The notes under the pieces were generated by a model that made no database searches, was not told the DNA's origin, and was given only the letters and a program-made list of their open reading frames with translations. From a virus (Duplodnaviria > Caudoviricetes), in IMG/VR virus record IMGVR_UViG_2974786931_000001, positions 103,774 through 167,773 of that record: a stretch of DNA of 64,000 nucleotides. The stretch is one strand, 5' to 3'. A program made the position numbers and the translations under genes. This document shows, piece by piece, positions 47,031 through 56,606 of this stretch; the stretch's first letter is position 1, and the number at the start of each line of letters is the position of its first letter.

Positions 47031-47108
47031 CTGAATAGATTAAATCTTTCTAAGTTGTTGAAATTGTTACCTATTCTATTAATTATGAATAGGTAACTGA
47101 ATAGATTA
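47031..47108. repeat. 12-bp direct repeat (CTGAATAGATTA, 47031-47042 and 47097-47108) around an 11-bp inverted repeat (47066-47097)
   Basis: Read directly: GTTACCTATTC-10 nt-GAATAGGTAAC. Confidence 0.8.
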
Positions 47109-47154
47109 GTGGCAGATTGAACGAATTTTATCTTCTACGAGTATCTCCTTTGTT

Positions 47155-47196
47155 CTGATAGGTTTATGATATGATGAACCTATCAGTATGTAAATA
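47155..47196 (-). promoter_or_regulatory. Early promoter with stem-loop (PeSL-type)
   Basis: TTTACA-17 nt-TATCAT inside CTGATAGGTT/AACCTATCAG inverted repeat. Confidence 0.7.
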
Positions 47197-47197
47197 T

Positions 47198-47443
47198 TTA
47201 AACAAAACCTTTATCTTCGATAAATTCTACATCATATGGATTTATACCTTTATCACCTATCATATCAATAGCACGAAGAAATATAAATTTATCGTCAAAT
47301 TTATACAATTTAGCTTTGTGGATATCCCCATGTTTATCTTCGATTACGACCCAATCAGAATATTTAGGGTGTTTGTACAATATATTAAGCATATATTGAG
47401 TTTTATACTCAAATTCTTTTAGTTCAATTGTTTTACGTTTCAT
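47198..47443 (-). CDS. Hypothetical protein (paralogue of 46288-46539)
   Basis: KRKTIELKE...LY..PKY...VIEDKHGDIHK. Confidence 0.75.
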   Translation of the reverse strand: MKRKTIELKEFEYKTQYMLNILYKHPKYSDWVVIEDKHGDIHKAKLYKFDDKFIFLRAIDMIGDKGINPYDVEFIEDKGFV

Positions 47444-47480
47444 TTACATACTTTCCTAATCATAGCTTCAACATTGAGCA

Positions 47481-47723
47481 TTATGCATCCTCTACCATAT
47501 CAAGGATTTCAGCAGCTTCGTCAGCATTAGCACCTATGACATATTCATTGTTCAAATAAGCTAACAACTGGGTTTTATCACCAATAAGAGTTACCAAATA
47601 ACCGCCAATTTCATGTTTTGTATCAGAAATTGAAAGTCCATATTGTTTCGCATCGGTTTCAAAATCACCGAGCCATGCAACGAATAAATCAGAAATTTTA
47701 GCAATTTGAGTAGTTGTAGTCAT
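47481..47723 (-). CDS. frd.3: Frd.3-like hypothetical protein
   Basis: LSIS...VTLIG...LNNEYVIG...EAAEIL; position next to gene 32. Confidence 0.65.
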   Translation of the reverse strand: MTTTTQIAKISDLFVAWLGDFETDAKQYGLSISDTKHEIGGYLVTLIGDKTQLLAYLNNEYVIGANADEAAEILDMVEDA

Positions 47724-47729
47724 GATTAT

Positions 47730-47780
47730 CTCCTTTGTTTTGATAGGTCTATAATATCATAACTAAAGGAGTTGTAAACA
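47730..47780 (-). promoter_or_regulatory. Early promoter (PeSL-type) for frd.3
   Basis: GTTTACA-17 nt-(TGa)TATTAT; CTCCTTT/AAAGGAG inverted repeat includes the SD. Confidence 0.85.
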
Positions 47781-47789
47781 CTTAAATGC

Positions 47790-47815
47790 AAAAAAGGAAC
47801 CACTAGGGTTCCTTT
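47790..47815 (-). terminator. Terminator after gene 32
   Basis: AAAGGAACC-ctagt-GGTTCCTTTTTT. Confidence 0.88.
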
Positions 47816-47824
47816 AATTTAATA

Positions 47825-48718
47825 TTACATACCAGCTAACAAAGCGTCGAGTTCGTCATCAGAAGAACTTGAATCTGGCGTAGATGTTTTATTATCATAA
47901 TCAGCCATATCTTTGTCAAAGGCATCTAGTTCATCAGCCAATGCATCAGCTTGTGCAGAAGCTTTAGCAGCAGCACCACCAAGAGCGGCAGTACCAAACA
48001 CTTGACCAAACTTAGAAGTCAGTGTAGCTAAATCTTTAAATTCACTTTTAGCAACCAATACTGACAAATCAACCATACCTGATGTGATTTTATCTTGAAC
48101 AGCTTGAGTATTAATACCATCGATTTCAGATTGAGCCAGGAATTTACAATCATCGTAGTTTTTGTATTCTGACACTTTCTTAGTTTTTAGAACAAAGTTA
48201 GCACCATCAAAAAGACATGTTACGTCAACTGGAACTTCACCCATGGACACATCAACTTCAACCATTGAATTAATTTTATCCATAATCTTTTGGCCAAAGC
48301 GGAATTTATAAATACCACCTTCAGTTTCAGGGTTAGCTGGGTCTTTAATAACCAAGATATTAGCCCAGAAAGAAGTTTTACGTTTCAGCAAGCTATATTC
48401 TGCTTTGTTTGTATTATATGAATCATTTTTACTTAGATGTTGACATACCGGACAGTTATCGAAATCACCATGGGTAGAAGAACAATTTTCGATATACCAT
48501 TTGCCATTTTTCTTGAAACCATGATTTACCAGTTTAATAAATGGCGACGATTGTGAATCATCTTTAGCTGGCAAGAAACGAATAACAGCTTGACCAACAC
48601 CATTGTCATCTTTTAATTTCCATTCTGTTTTATCGTCAGAAGAGAAAGAAGAACCACCTTTCATAGCGGCCAATTGTGCTTGCAGAGCTGCTGGGTCTTT
48701 ACGTTTGAACATGGACAT
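47825..48718 (-). CDS. 32: Single-stranded DNA-binding protein gp32
   Basis: [39 protein letters not shown], acidic tail; start 48718. Confidence 0.98.
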   Translation of the reverse strand: MSMFKRKDPAALQAQLAAMKGGSSFSSDDKTEWKLKDDNGVGQAVIRFLPAKDDSQSSPFIKLVNHGFKKNGKWYIENCSSTHGDFDNCPVCQHLSKNDSYNTNKAEYSLLKRKTSFWANILVIKDPANPETEGGIYKFRFGQKIMDKINSMVEVDVSMGEVPVDVTCLFDGANFVLKTKKVSEYKNYDDCKFLAQSEIDGINTQAVQDKITSGMVDLSVLVAKSEFKDLATLTSKFGQVFGTAALGGAAAKASAQADALADELDAFDKDMADYDNKTSTPDSSSSDDELDALLAGM

Positions 48719-48754
48719 AATTATTACCTTATTTAATTTAATTTTGCGATTTAT

Positions 48755-48794
48755 GATGTAGTTAGTTTTGACAATGAAGTTCCTACACCTGTCA
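48755..48794 (-). promoter_or_regulatory. Gene 32 translational autoregulation pseudoknot
   Basis: S1 UGACA/UGUCA, S2 GGUGUAG/CUACAUC upstream of an unstructured A/U-rich leader, as in T-even gene 32. Confidence 0.75.
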
Positions 48795-48826
48795 TTCATT
48801 GTGTTATATCTATTATATTTTATAGC

Positions 48827-49483
48827 TTAAAGCATTTTGCATTCATTAATTGTTTTCATGAATAATTGTTTTGCTTTTGATGAATCAATTTCTAATAATT
48901 TTTTATATGCAGACAACTTAGTAGAATATGTAGACCATACTAAGTTGTTTGTTTGTTCATCATGTTTATTTATAATACCCATAAATGAGTCGAGCAAAAT
49001 AAATGTTTCGAAACTGATAATGTTTGATTGAAGTAATTTAAAAATATAACTCGAATCCACTTTAGCATTATAATTAAATATATCGCCAAAGGATTCGACT
49101 TCTACTTTCTTAGCGAAGTAGTAAATATTTTTAATGTCATCTTCAAATTGAGTACTCATACGTTTAAGACGACCGATGTATTCTCTATAAAAGATTAATG
49201 CATCGGCATCTGAAATTTCACCAATCCAGGCATCCTGGTTAGCTACTAAGTTACTCATAAAGATTAAAGTTAATTCATTGAGTTTATACTTGTCGGAGAG
49301 CTTCTCAAAGAAGTATTTGTCACGACGTTTATTATAAGCTTGATCACTTATCCGCATAACCCAATGATATTTTATGACATCATATTTGCCAGCAAAATGT
49401 TGCTTGAGCATCAAATATAAAAGATATACACTCTTGCCATTTACAGTTCGAGATGCATCAGGTGGCATGCGGATTTTAATCAT
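48827..49483 (-). CDS. 59: Helicase loader gp59
   Basis: MIKIRMPP...NGKSVYLLYLMLKQHF..KYDVIKYHW, KRRDKYFF. Confidence 0.96.
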   Translation of the reverse strand: MIKIRMPPDASRTVNGKSVYLLYLMLKQHFAGKYDVIKYHWVMRISDQAYNKRRDKYFFEKLSDKYKLNELTLIFMSNLVANQDAWIGEISDADALIFYREYIGRLKRMSTQFEDDIKNIYYFAKKVEVESFGDIFNYNAKVDSSYIFKLLQSNIISFETFILLDSFMGIINKHDEQTNNLVWSTYSTKLSAYKKLLEIDSSKAKQLFMKTINECKML

Positions 49484-49779
49484 AGCATCATGAAGTCCAA
49501 TGTATTAGTTTTTTCTAATCGACTCATAGAAGGACGAAGCAAATTATCTTCGATAGCTTGGTCCTTAATTTTGTCAATAATAACTTGTGGAATATAACGA
49601 TTAATCTGAGATTCATGCAGACTATTTTCCTGAAGCCACTGTGACGTAGCTTCAAGATAAGTAGCTTCCGTAGAAGCTACAATTTGCTCAATCTCAAATC
49701 CGGCTTGTTGTTTATCTGCCAATGATTCTACATTAACAACTTGAATAACATCAAAGTTACTTATGGAAGATTGAGTCAT
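49480..49779 (-). CDS. 33: Late transcription co-activator gp33
   Basis: TYLEATSQWLQENS, LLRPS, C-terminal TLDFML clamp-binding motif. Confidence 0.93.
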   Translation of the reverse strand: MTQSSISNFDVIQVVNVESLADKQQAGFEIEQIVASTEATYLEATSQWLQENSLHESQINRYIPQVIIDKIKDQAIEDNLLRPSMSRLEKTNTLDFMML

Positions 49780-50032
49780 ATAAATCTACTACCTCAGTTT
49801 TTTCGTCTTCGAAACGTTCACGAATACCTTTATGGTAGATATTCAAGAGTTGATTAAATTTCTTAGTTTCAATGCCAAGTTCTTTGGCCTTTGCAACGTT
49901 ATCTTTAACAATTTGCAAGAAACCTTCAGATTTAATTTTCTGAGCAGAAGAATCTTCGATCAATTTCTGCAATTCAGCGCCATGAATGGCTTCATCAAAT
50001 TCTACTTTTTCTTTTTTAGCTTCTTTCATCAT
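49757..50032 (-). CDS. dsbA: Double-stranded DNA-binding protein
   Basis: VEFDEAIHG, FNQLLNIYHK..RERFE.EKTEVVDLYDSIF. Confidence 0.93.
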   Translation of the reverse strand: MMKEAKKEKVEFDEAIHGAELQKLIEDSSAQKIKSEGFLQIVKDNVAKAKELGIETKKFNQLLNIYHKGIRERFEDEKTEVVDLYDSIFHK

Positions 50033-50038
50033 TTCACC

Positions 50039-50977
50039 TTAAAAATCATTTGCATGTTGAGTTAATTTAGATAAGCCATTTTTAACCAAATAAGAATAAA
50101 TTCTATTTCGTTTGGCTGGTACATAGCTATTATATCGTTTTAATATTAAAGCACTGATGTCTTCGTCAATATAATCCATATCAATTAGGATACGGTTTTC
50201 TTTATATCTAGCCCATTCTTCAGAGGTCAATAATTGTTCAATAGCTGAATCATCAAAATAATTATCTGCAATTGAATCTAACAAGGAAGATTTAACTGAA
50301 GGCTGACGTTCGCCTTCGACCTTAGACGTATGGAAATCGCCACGAACTTTAATAGAAGCAACGTTATCTTTTTTATCACCTTTGACAACTTTAATTACAG
50401 TATCCATTAAAGGACTAATCTTCGGCTTAACCCATTTCTTAAACATAGGAGACCATTGTTTAACGTTAGGATATTTATGAAGTTGTGTAAAGTCACCATC
50501 TGATGAAACGACTAAAACAGGGATATTTTTATCATTACAAAATTTAACGATAACCGCAATATGGTCATCCGCTTCAATCTTATCAATATTCATTAATATA
50601 TAAGGCATATTGGTTTCTAATTCGAGGACAATTTTATGCATTGCTTCAAATAGACCTGGCCAATCGAAAGGTGATTCTTCACGATCATTTTTACGGTTAA
50701 GTTTATAATATGATGCAACATCACGTCGCCAATACCCAGATGTAGAATTATCTACGGCAATGACTAAATTAGTATAACCATGTTTTGCAGCTAATTTTTT
50801 ATTATACTTAATCGAATTTAATACTAAATGACGTAGCATATTTTCAGATATTTTAGGAAACTTAGCAGCTTCGCCGAACTCAACAAAAGCAGCAGCCATA
50901 ATAATCTGACTAAAATCTAGAATTGCTACACCATCAGGAGGTGTTTCTTCACCAAAAAACATTTCATTTAAAGACAT
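50039..50977 (-). CDS. rnh: RNase H / 5' flap exonuclease
   Basis: DFSQI, YWRR...YYKLNRK, EADDHIA, SSDGDFTQLHKYPNVKQWSP, KGDKKDNV; start 50977. Confidence 0.96.
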   Translation of the reverse strand: MSLNEMFFGEETPPDGVAILDFSQIIMAAAFVEFGEAAKFPKISENMLRHLVLNSIKYNKKLAAKHGYTNLVIAVDNSTSGYWRRDVASYYKLNRKNDREESPFDWPGLFEAMHKIVLELETNMPYILMNIDKIEADDHIAVIVKFCNDKNIPVLVVSSDGDFTQLHKYPNVKQWSPMFKKWVKPKISPLMDTVIKVVKGDKKDNVASIKVRGDFHTSKVEGERQPSVKSSLLDSIADNYFDDSAIEQLLTSEEWARYKENRILIDMDYIDEDISALILKRYNSYVPAKRNRIYSYLVKNGLSKLTQHANDF

Positions 50978-51008
50978 TTGAACTCCAGTCCAAGTAGTTT
51001 GTAAGTCT

Positions 51009-51035
51009 ATTATAAATAGAATATATGAAAGCACA
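51009..51035. promoter_or_regulatory. Overlapping middle promoter for rnh (-) and late promoter for gene 34 (+, 51011-51018)
   Basis: Minus: TGTGCTTTC-12 nt-TATAAT; plus: TATAAATA. Confidence 0.82.
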
Positions 51036-51050
51036 AATAAAGAGGCAATT

Positions 51051-54000
51051 ATGGCTGATTTGATAAAAGCCAGTTTTCGAGCTACAAATGGTCTCGATGC
51101 AGCTGGTGAAAAAGTAATTAACGTGGCAACAGCCGATAAGACCAAATTAACTGATGGCGTTAACGTTGATTTCTTCTTTAAAGAAAATACTATTCAACTT
51201 TATGATACAACTCGTGGATATGATTCAGGATTTGCTATCATTTATAATAACCGTTTATGGGTTTCTAACCGTATTATTCCTGAACCTGCTGGGGCCTTCC
51301 AGGAAACTTTTTGGACTGCTATAAGAACAGACCCAAAATGGACTTATGTTGATGTAGGTCCTGTTACAATGCAATCTGGTGATTATATTAGTGCAAATAC
51401 CTCAGTTAATGATTTAGTATTAACTTTGCCTAATACGCCAAATGATGGGGAAACAATTTTTGTTCGAGATGTTGGTGGTAATTTAGGATATAAATCACTA
51501 AAAATTAATACATCTAACCAACGAATCAATTTCCGTAATAGCCAAATAACATCATTTACCGCAACTCGCCCTTATTCACAATTGATGTTTGTTTTCAGTA
51601 ATAGATTATGGCAGCTTTATGTTGGTGAAAACGAATCGATTGGAACAATTATCACTCCTTCAACAGGCGTGTTTCGTTCTCAAGCCAGTGATATAATTAT
51701 TCGTCGTTACACAACGAGTGCGCCATGTCAGATAGGTTTGCCAAAGAATGCTGTAACAGGCGATATAATTCGTACAATAGATTTAGATGGATTAAGCCCT
51801 CAAAACCATTTAATTGTTACTACATTTGACAATACATCATCTATAGGAACAATTGGAACTCATAGCGCTGAATTCAGAACAGCCGGCGATGGTTTCTTAG
51901 TATATGATGCTTCTGATTCTATCTGGCGTGTATATGATGCAGATTTAAGAACACGCATCAGTGTAGTAACTGAAACTACCGATTTATCTCCGAACCAATC
52001 AGTTATAGTTTTTGGCGATAATAATGCTACATCTAAAGATATAACATTAAATCTTCCAACTGATGTTGCATTTGGAGATACAGTTGAAATTTGTTTAAGT
52101 TATATTCGCCATGGCCAAACTGTTACTATTAAGGCTAATGCTCCTGATTTAATAGCTTCTACTAAATTATTACTTCAGTTCCCACGTCGTTCAGATTATC
52201 CACCAGATGTTAGTTGGTATACTTCTGAAGAATTGATATTCAATGGGTACGATGATTATGCTCCGACTTTAGAATTAGCTTTCTTACAAGACCCTATTAC
52301 TTTAGATAAGTATTGGGTAGTTTCAGAAAATATTCCTACAATTGAACGTGTTGATGCTACTAATAATACAACACGTAAACGTTTAGGTGTTATTGCACTA
52401 GCTTCTCAAGAACAAGCAAACGTTGATTTGGAAAATAACCCAGAAAAATCTTTGGCTATTACACCTGAATTGTTAGCTAATAGAACTTCGACTGAATCTC
52501 GACGTGGTATTGCTCGTTTAGCATCTACCGCTGAAGTTAACCAAGATTCTACTTCTACTTTCTTAGATACAGTTATTGTTACGCCTAAGAAATTAAATGA
52601 AAGAACCGCAACTGAAACACGTCGTGGTTTGGCTGAAATTGCTACGCAAGCAGAAACAAATACTGGAACTGACGATACAACAATTGTAACTCCTAAGAAA
52701 TTTGCTGCTCGTAAAGCGACAACTTCTATGGATGGTATTATTACATTAGTTAGTTCAGGCGCTATTGCTGCTTCTGATCGTGATAACCCAGGTACATTAG
52801 TTTATAATTATAACGATGCTGTTAAAGCTATCACTCCAGCTACGCTTCACGAAGCGCGTGCAACGAAAACTACTTTAGGACAAGTATACCAAGCAACTGA
52901 AACTGAAGTTATAAGTGCTCCAGTAGATAATCCACTAGTTCCATTAGCGGTTTCTCCTGAAATGCTTCATAAGAAAACTGCAACTACAACTCGTATTGGT
53001 TTTACTCAAACTGCTACTCAAGTTGAAGTTAATACAGGCACTGATAATTTTAAGTATGTTACACCTAATACTTTGAATGGGCGAATTTCTTCAGAGACAT
53101 TAACAGGTATTGCTAGAATTGCTACACAGGTTGAATTTGATGCAGGTTTGTTAAATACTGTTATTTCAACTCCGTTGAAAATTGCTACGCATTTCTCAGA
53201 TATTAACCGTACTGAAGTAATATCATCTTCCGGCCTGACTCAAAGTGGAAATCTCTGGAACCATTATACACTGAATATTCTTGAAGCAACAAGTGTTCAA
53301 CGTGGTACAGCAAGATTGGCTACTCAAGTTGAAGTTGATGCAGGCGTAGAAGCTAAATCTATTGTAACAGCAGCTACTTTGTCAGGTAAAAAAGCAACTG
53401 AAACCACCGAAGGTATAATTCGTGTGGCAACACAAGCAGAATCTGTTGCAGGTACTTCAAGTATATTAGCGATTTCTCCTAAGAACTTGAAATATATTGC
53501 TCAAACAGAATCTACTTGGGAATCAACTCCACTTCGTCGTGGTTTTGTTAAAATGACTGAAGGCGCTTTAACCTGGGTTGGTAATAATACTGTAGGCAAT
53601 ACTCAAGATGTAGAATTATATGCAAAAAATGGTTATGCTATTTCGCCATATGAATTGAACTTGACTTTAGCCCATTATTTACCTATTGAAGCTACGGCTG
53701 TTAATAGTACTAAATTTGATAACCTAGCCTCCACTCAGTTCATACGTAGGGACATTAATCAAACGGTTGATGGAATACTAACCCTTACTAAACAATTGAA
53801 TACGAGCGCTCCTGTGCTCTCCAGCTCAACTGGTACCTTTGTTGATGTTGTTGGGACTAATACAGTTAATGCTGGTAATTCTTTAGGCACTTCTTCTATT
53901 TCTATTCTTGGCAAAGCTAATAACTGGAAATTTAATGCTGTTGCTGATGGCACAACTTTATTAGTCAATGATGTATTAACTTTGAATCAAAATGGCAATG

Positions 54001-54788
54001 CTTCTATTAAGCAAACGCTTAATATCGGTAACCGTGCAGATTCAGTTAATGGCTATTCTGTTGGCGGGATTGTTGTTTTACAGAATAATGCTTTAACTAC
54101 TGAAGTTGGTAACGTTGTTCGTCCGCTAGTATTGAAATCTCCTGATGCAAGTAATATTATTGCTGATGATGGAACTCAATATAAAGTATTAACAGAAAAA
54201 AATGCTGTTTCCGTAATTGGCAATTCATTTGTTAAGAAAATTGGCGATACTATGACAGGTCGTTTAACTGTTAATAGTGCAATAACTGTTCAGTTAGCAG
54301 AAGCTTCTATAAGTGTTATTCCTACTGAAACTACAAAAGGTATGTGGACCGCTGAAGTTACTACACCAGCACAATATAATTTACTTCCTGGTTATGCTGT
54401 TCCGGTATTTGGAACAAATCCAGATGGCAGTGATAATGCTGTTATTGTAAGTTATAATCTGGTTAAAGGCCCAGGTACATTAGTTCAAAATGGTGTTGGC
54501 ACTAATTATGCTTATCAAGTATGGAATCCACGCCCAACTGCTACTGCTCCTAACCACTTTGCTCGTACTCAATGGATAAGAAACTTTAACCCATTGATTA
54601 GTGGATGGGATGAATGGGCTCGTGTATTTACAAGTCAAACGCCTCCTACTGCTTCTGATATTGGTGCTGTATCTTCTACAGGTTCAGCATTCAATAACAT
54701 GACAGTTAGAGATTGGCTACAGATTGGTAATGTTCGTATTACTCCTAATGTAGCAACACGTACTGTTGAATTTGAATGGATTGATTAA
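51051..54788 (+). CDS. 34: Long tail fibre proximal subunit gp34
   Basis: FRATNGLDAAGEKVINVA, repeated ATxTxxGxxxxATQxE units, RDWLQIGNVRI C-terminus. Confidence 0.97.
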   Translation: MADLIKASFRATNGLDAAGEKVINVATADKTKLTDGVNVDFFFKENTIQLYDTTRGYDSGFAIIYNNRLWVSNRIIPEPAGAFQETFWTAIRTDPKWTYVDVGPVTMQSGDYISANTSVNDLVLTLPNTPNDGETIFVRDVGGNLGYKSLKINTSNQRINFRNSQITSFTATRPYSQLMFVFSNRLWQLYVGENESIGTIITPSTGVFRSQASDIIIRRYTTSAPCQIGLPKNAVTGDIIRTIDLDGLSPQNHLIVTTFDNTSSIGTIGTHSAEFRTAGDGFLVYDASDSIWRVYDADLRTRISVVTETTDLSPNQSVIVFGDNNATSKDITLNLPTDVAFGDTVEICLSYIRHGQTVTIKANAPDLIASTKLLLQFPRRSDYPPDVSWYTSEELIFNGYDDYAPTLELAFLQDPITLDKYWVVSENIPTIERVDATNNTTRKRLGVIALASQEQANVDLENNPEKSLAITPELLANRTSTESRRGIARLASTAEVNQDSTSTFLDTVIVTPKKLNERTATETRRGLAEIATQAETNTGTDDTTIVTPKKFAARKATTSMDGIITLVSSGAIAASDRDNPGTLVYNYNDAVKAITPATLHEARATKTTLGQVYQATETEVISAPVDNPLVPLAVSPEMLHKKTATTTRIGFTQTATQVEVNTGTDNFKYVTPNTLNGRISSETLTGIARIATQVEFDAGLLNTVISTPLKIATHFSDINRTEVISSSGLTQSGNLWNHYTLNILEATSVQRGTARLATQVEVDAGVEAKSIVTAATLSGKKATETTEGIIRVATQAESVAGTSSILAISPKNLKYIAQTESTWESTPLRRGFVKMTEGALTWVGNNTVGNTQDVELYAKNGYAISPYELNLTLAHYLPIEATAVNSTKFDNLASTQFIRRDINQTVDGILTLTKQLNTSAPVLSSSTGTFVDVVGTNTVNAGNSLGTSSISILGKANNWKFNAVADGTTLLVNDVLTLNQNGNASIKQTLNIGNRADSVNGYSVGGIVVLQNNALTTEVGNVVRPLVLKSPDASNIIADDGTQYKVLTEKNAVSVIGNSFVKKIGDTMTGRLTVNSAITVQLAEASISVIPTETTKGMWTAEVTTPAQYNLLPGYAVPVFGTNPDGSDNAVIVSYNLVKGPGTLVQNGVGTNYAYQVWNPRPTATAPNHFARTQWIRNFNPLISGWDEWARVFTSQTPPTASDIGAVSSTGSAFNNMTVRDWLQIGNVRITPNVATRTVEFEWID
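53263..53290 (-). promoter_or_regulatory. Antisense middle promoter inside gene 34 (ori(34)-equivalent)
   Basis: GTTGCTTCA-13 nt-TATAAT on minus strand in the WNHYTLNILEA-coding region. Confidence 0.7.
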
Positions 54789-55918
54789 TGGCACAACTTA
54801 TGGCTGGATTTGGACAGGGATTTGTCCAAACTCAAGTATTATCTGAGAATAATTCAGTTAAATATAAACTTAGTGTAGCGGGGTCAAATGCGACCTCGTC
54901 ACCTAATCCCGCTTATATTTTATTGAACGATAAACCTATCAGTTCCATACAACATCAAAATGGACTTAACGTATGGGAATTAGACACAACAATTGGAGCT
55001 ATTGTTTCTAGAAAAATCTACGCATTCGGGGTTAATGATTCAGCTTCGGCTAATATTGCTTTTATAGAATATATGAATTCTTTAACAGCTGACACTGTAA
55101 TAATTATTACGACATCAGGTAATGTTAATTCAAGCCCTAGTGTTGATAATTGGTTTAAAAATGCTGGTTCTACTAATTGGTTCAATAACGAAATACTTAG
55201 AAACTATAAAGGAAGTTATGCAGGCATATATCGTCCTAGATTTAAAAAAGTAGTTTCTGAAAATAGATGTTATACTGATGGGTCGATATTTGATTCAAGA
55301 GCATATCTAGAAATAGTTTACGATACAATTAATGATATTGGTGCCACAGGATTTCCGTATAGAGTTTGTTTTGATACAAACGAATATGAAACTGATTCAG
55401 AAATAGATATAAAAAGATACCCTAATGGATTATTTGTTACTCCATATTCAGATTATTTGATGTCTCCTGGACAAAAATATATGATAACATTTGAATTATT
55501 TGCTTCGGCCAGTTTAATATCATCTGGCAAAACAACACAAATGAATATAAGATGGTTTAACGATAATGCTTTTGTGTCAGGTTCATCTTATGAAGTTAAT
55601 AGCACTTTTGGGGACCAATGGGTCAAGTTTGAACATATAATTGACGTTCCTGCAAACACTAATGGCTTTACTATCGTAGCATCTAGAACCAACTCAGTGT
55701 TAATATCGGACGGCACAGGCGGCGTAAGGAACGTTATTATGGCACAAGTAAGCCGCGGCGATGTCCCTATAACTTCTGCGGCTTTCGGGGTCAATGGTAT
55801 AAGAATGAATAAAGGAATTGATGGCACAACTGATAAATTGCTTATTTTACCTGATGTGGAAGATGACCCAACTGGCGATATCTATTCAGCAGAATTCATA
55901 GAGGTTGCTCCTTTATAA
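54788..55918 (+). CDS. 35: Long tail fibre hinge gp35
   Basis: MAGFGQGFVQTQVLSENNSVKYKLSVAGS, DIGATGFP, FGVNGIRMN. Confidence 0.95.
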   Translation: MAQLMAGFGQGFVQTQVLSENNSVKYKLSVAGSNATSSPNPAYILLNDKPISSIQHQNGLNVWELDTTIGAIVSRKIYAFGVNDSASANIAFIEYMNSLTADTVIIITTSGNVNSSPSVDNWFKNAGSTNWFNNEILRNYKGSYAGIYRPRFKKVVSENRCYTDGSIFDSRAYLEIVYDTINDIGATGFPYRVCFDTNEYETDSEIDIKRYPNGLFVTPYSDYLMSPGQKYMITFELFASASLISSGKTTQMNIRWFNDNAFVSGSSYEVNSTFGDQWVKFEHIIDVPANTNGFTIVASRTNSVLISDGTGGVRNVIMAQVSRGDVPITSAAFGVNGIRMNKGIDGTTDKLLILPDVEDDPTGDIYSAEFIEVAPL

Positions 55919-55921
55919 ATA
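55914..55921 (+). promoter_or_regulatory. Late promoter for genes 36-37
   Basis: Exact TATAAATA. Confidence 0.85.
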
Positions 55922-55943
55922 CATTAATATAAAGGAGAACGCT

Positions 55944-56597
55944 ATGGCAGAATTAAAAATAGGTACAACAGTAGGCGGTGCTCCAGTCTGGAACCAAGGA
56001 AACTTTCAAATGTTTCCGGCTGGAGATACCGTATTATATAAAACTTTTAAAATTTATACAGAGCATGATAAACCACAAGCTACTGATAATGATTTTGTAT
56101 CAAAAGCTTTAGGTGGAACTTATCTTTCTACTGTAAATTTTGATAAGCCGATTACTATTAAAGCTTCAACTGGAAGTTTATCTATCGGAGCTTCAACAAA
56201 TGCATTATATCAAGTTGCAATAAAAACTCCAGGTATTATAGGATTTGAAACTTCAGCTGGTTCGCCATTTATTTTAATGGACCCAGTCACAGACCCAACT
56301 AATTATAGATTAACCGTAATGGGCCGCGTCCAAGCTGCTAGTCTGTGGGAAGATTCAGCCGGTGGAGCAGTAAGAGTATATTCGCCTAATAATATACCTA
56401 CTAAAGCTGTTATAGGCTTAGGTAATGTAACTAACGATGCTCAGGTCAAATTAAGTACATTGAGTGAACAAACAATGGCCGGTGAATTAGTAGCCCCGAG
56501 ATTTAGTTCTAACTTAGCAGCAATTCTACCGCAACATGTACCACGGTATGACCAAGTTATTCCTAAAAATACAATAATTGATTTTGGCACATATTAA
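55944..56597 (+). CDS. 36: Long tail fibre distal connector gp36
   Basis: MAELKIGTTVGGAPVWNQGNF, YKTFKIYTEHDKPQA, IDFGTY; start 55944 after SD AAGGAG. Confidence 0.95.
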   Translation: MAELKIGTTVGGAPVWNQGNFQMFPAGDTVLYKTFKIYTEHDKPQATDNDFVSKALGGTYLSTVNFDKPITIKASTGSLSIGASTNALYQVAIKTPGIIGFETSAGSPFILMDPVTDPTNYRLTVMGRVQAASLWEDSAGGAVRVYSPNNIPTKAVIGLGNVTNDAQVKLSTLSEQTMAGELVAPRFSSNLAAILPQHVPRYDQVIPKNTIIDFGTY

Positions 56598-56606
56598 GGC
56601 TATAAA

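Noticed and set aside
47040-47125. Fragments resembling a type I-F CRISPR repeat (GTTCA..CTGCC, CTTAGAAA)
   Set aside because: Not an array, and the GGCAG arm is missing so the Cas6f hairpin cannot form; not called as a CRISPR feature.
52380-53500. Repeated sequence units in gene 34
   Set aside because: Known structural repeats of the proximal tail fibre; not a diversity-generating or CRISPR-like array.
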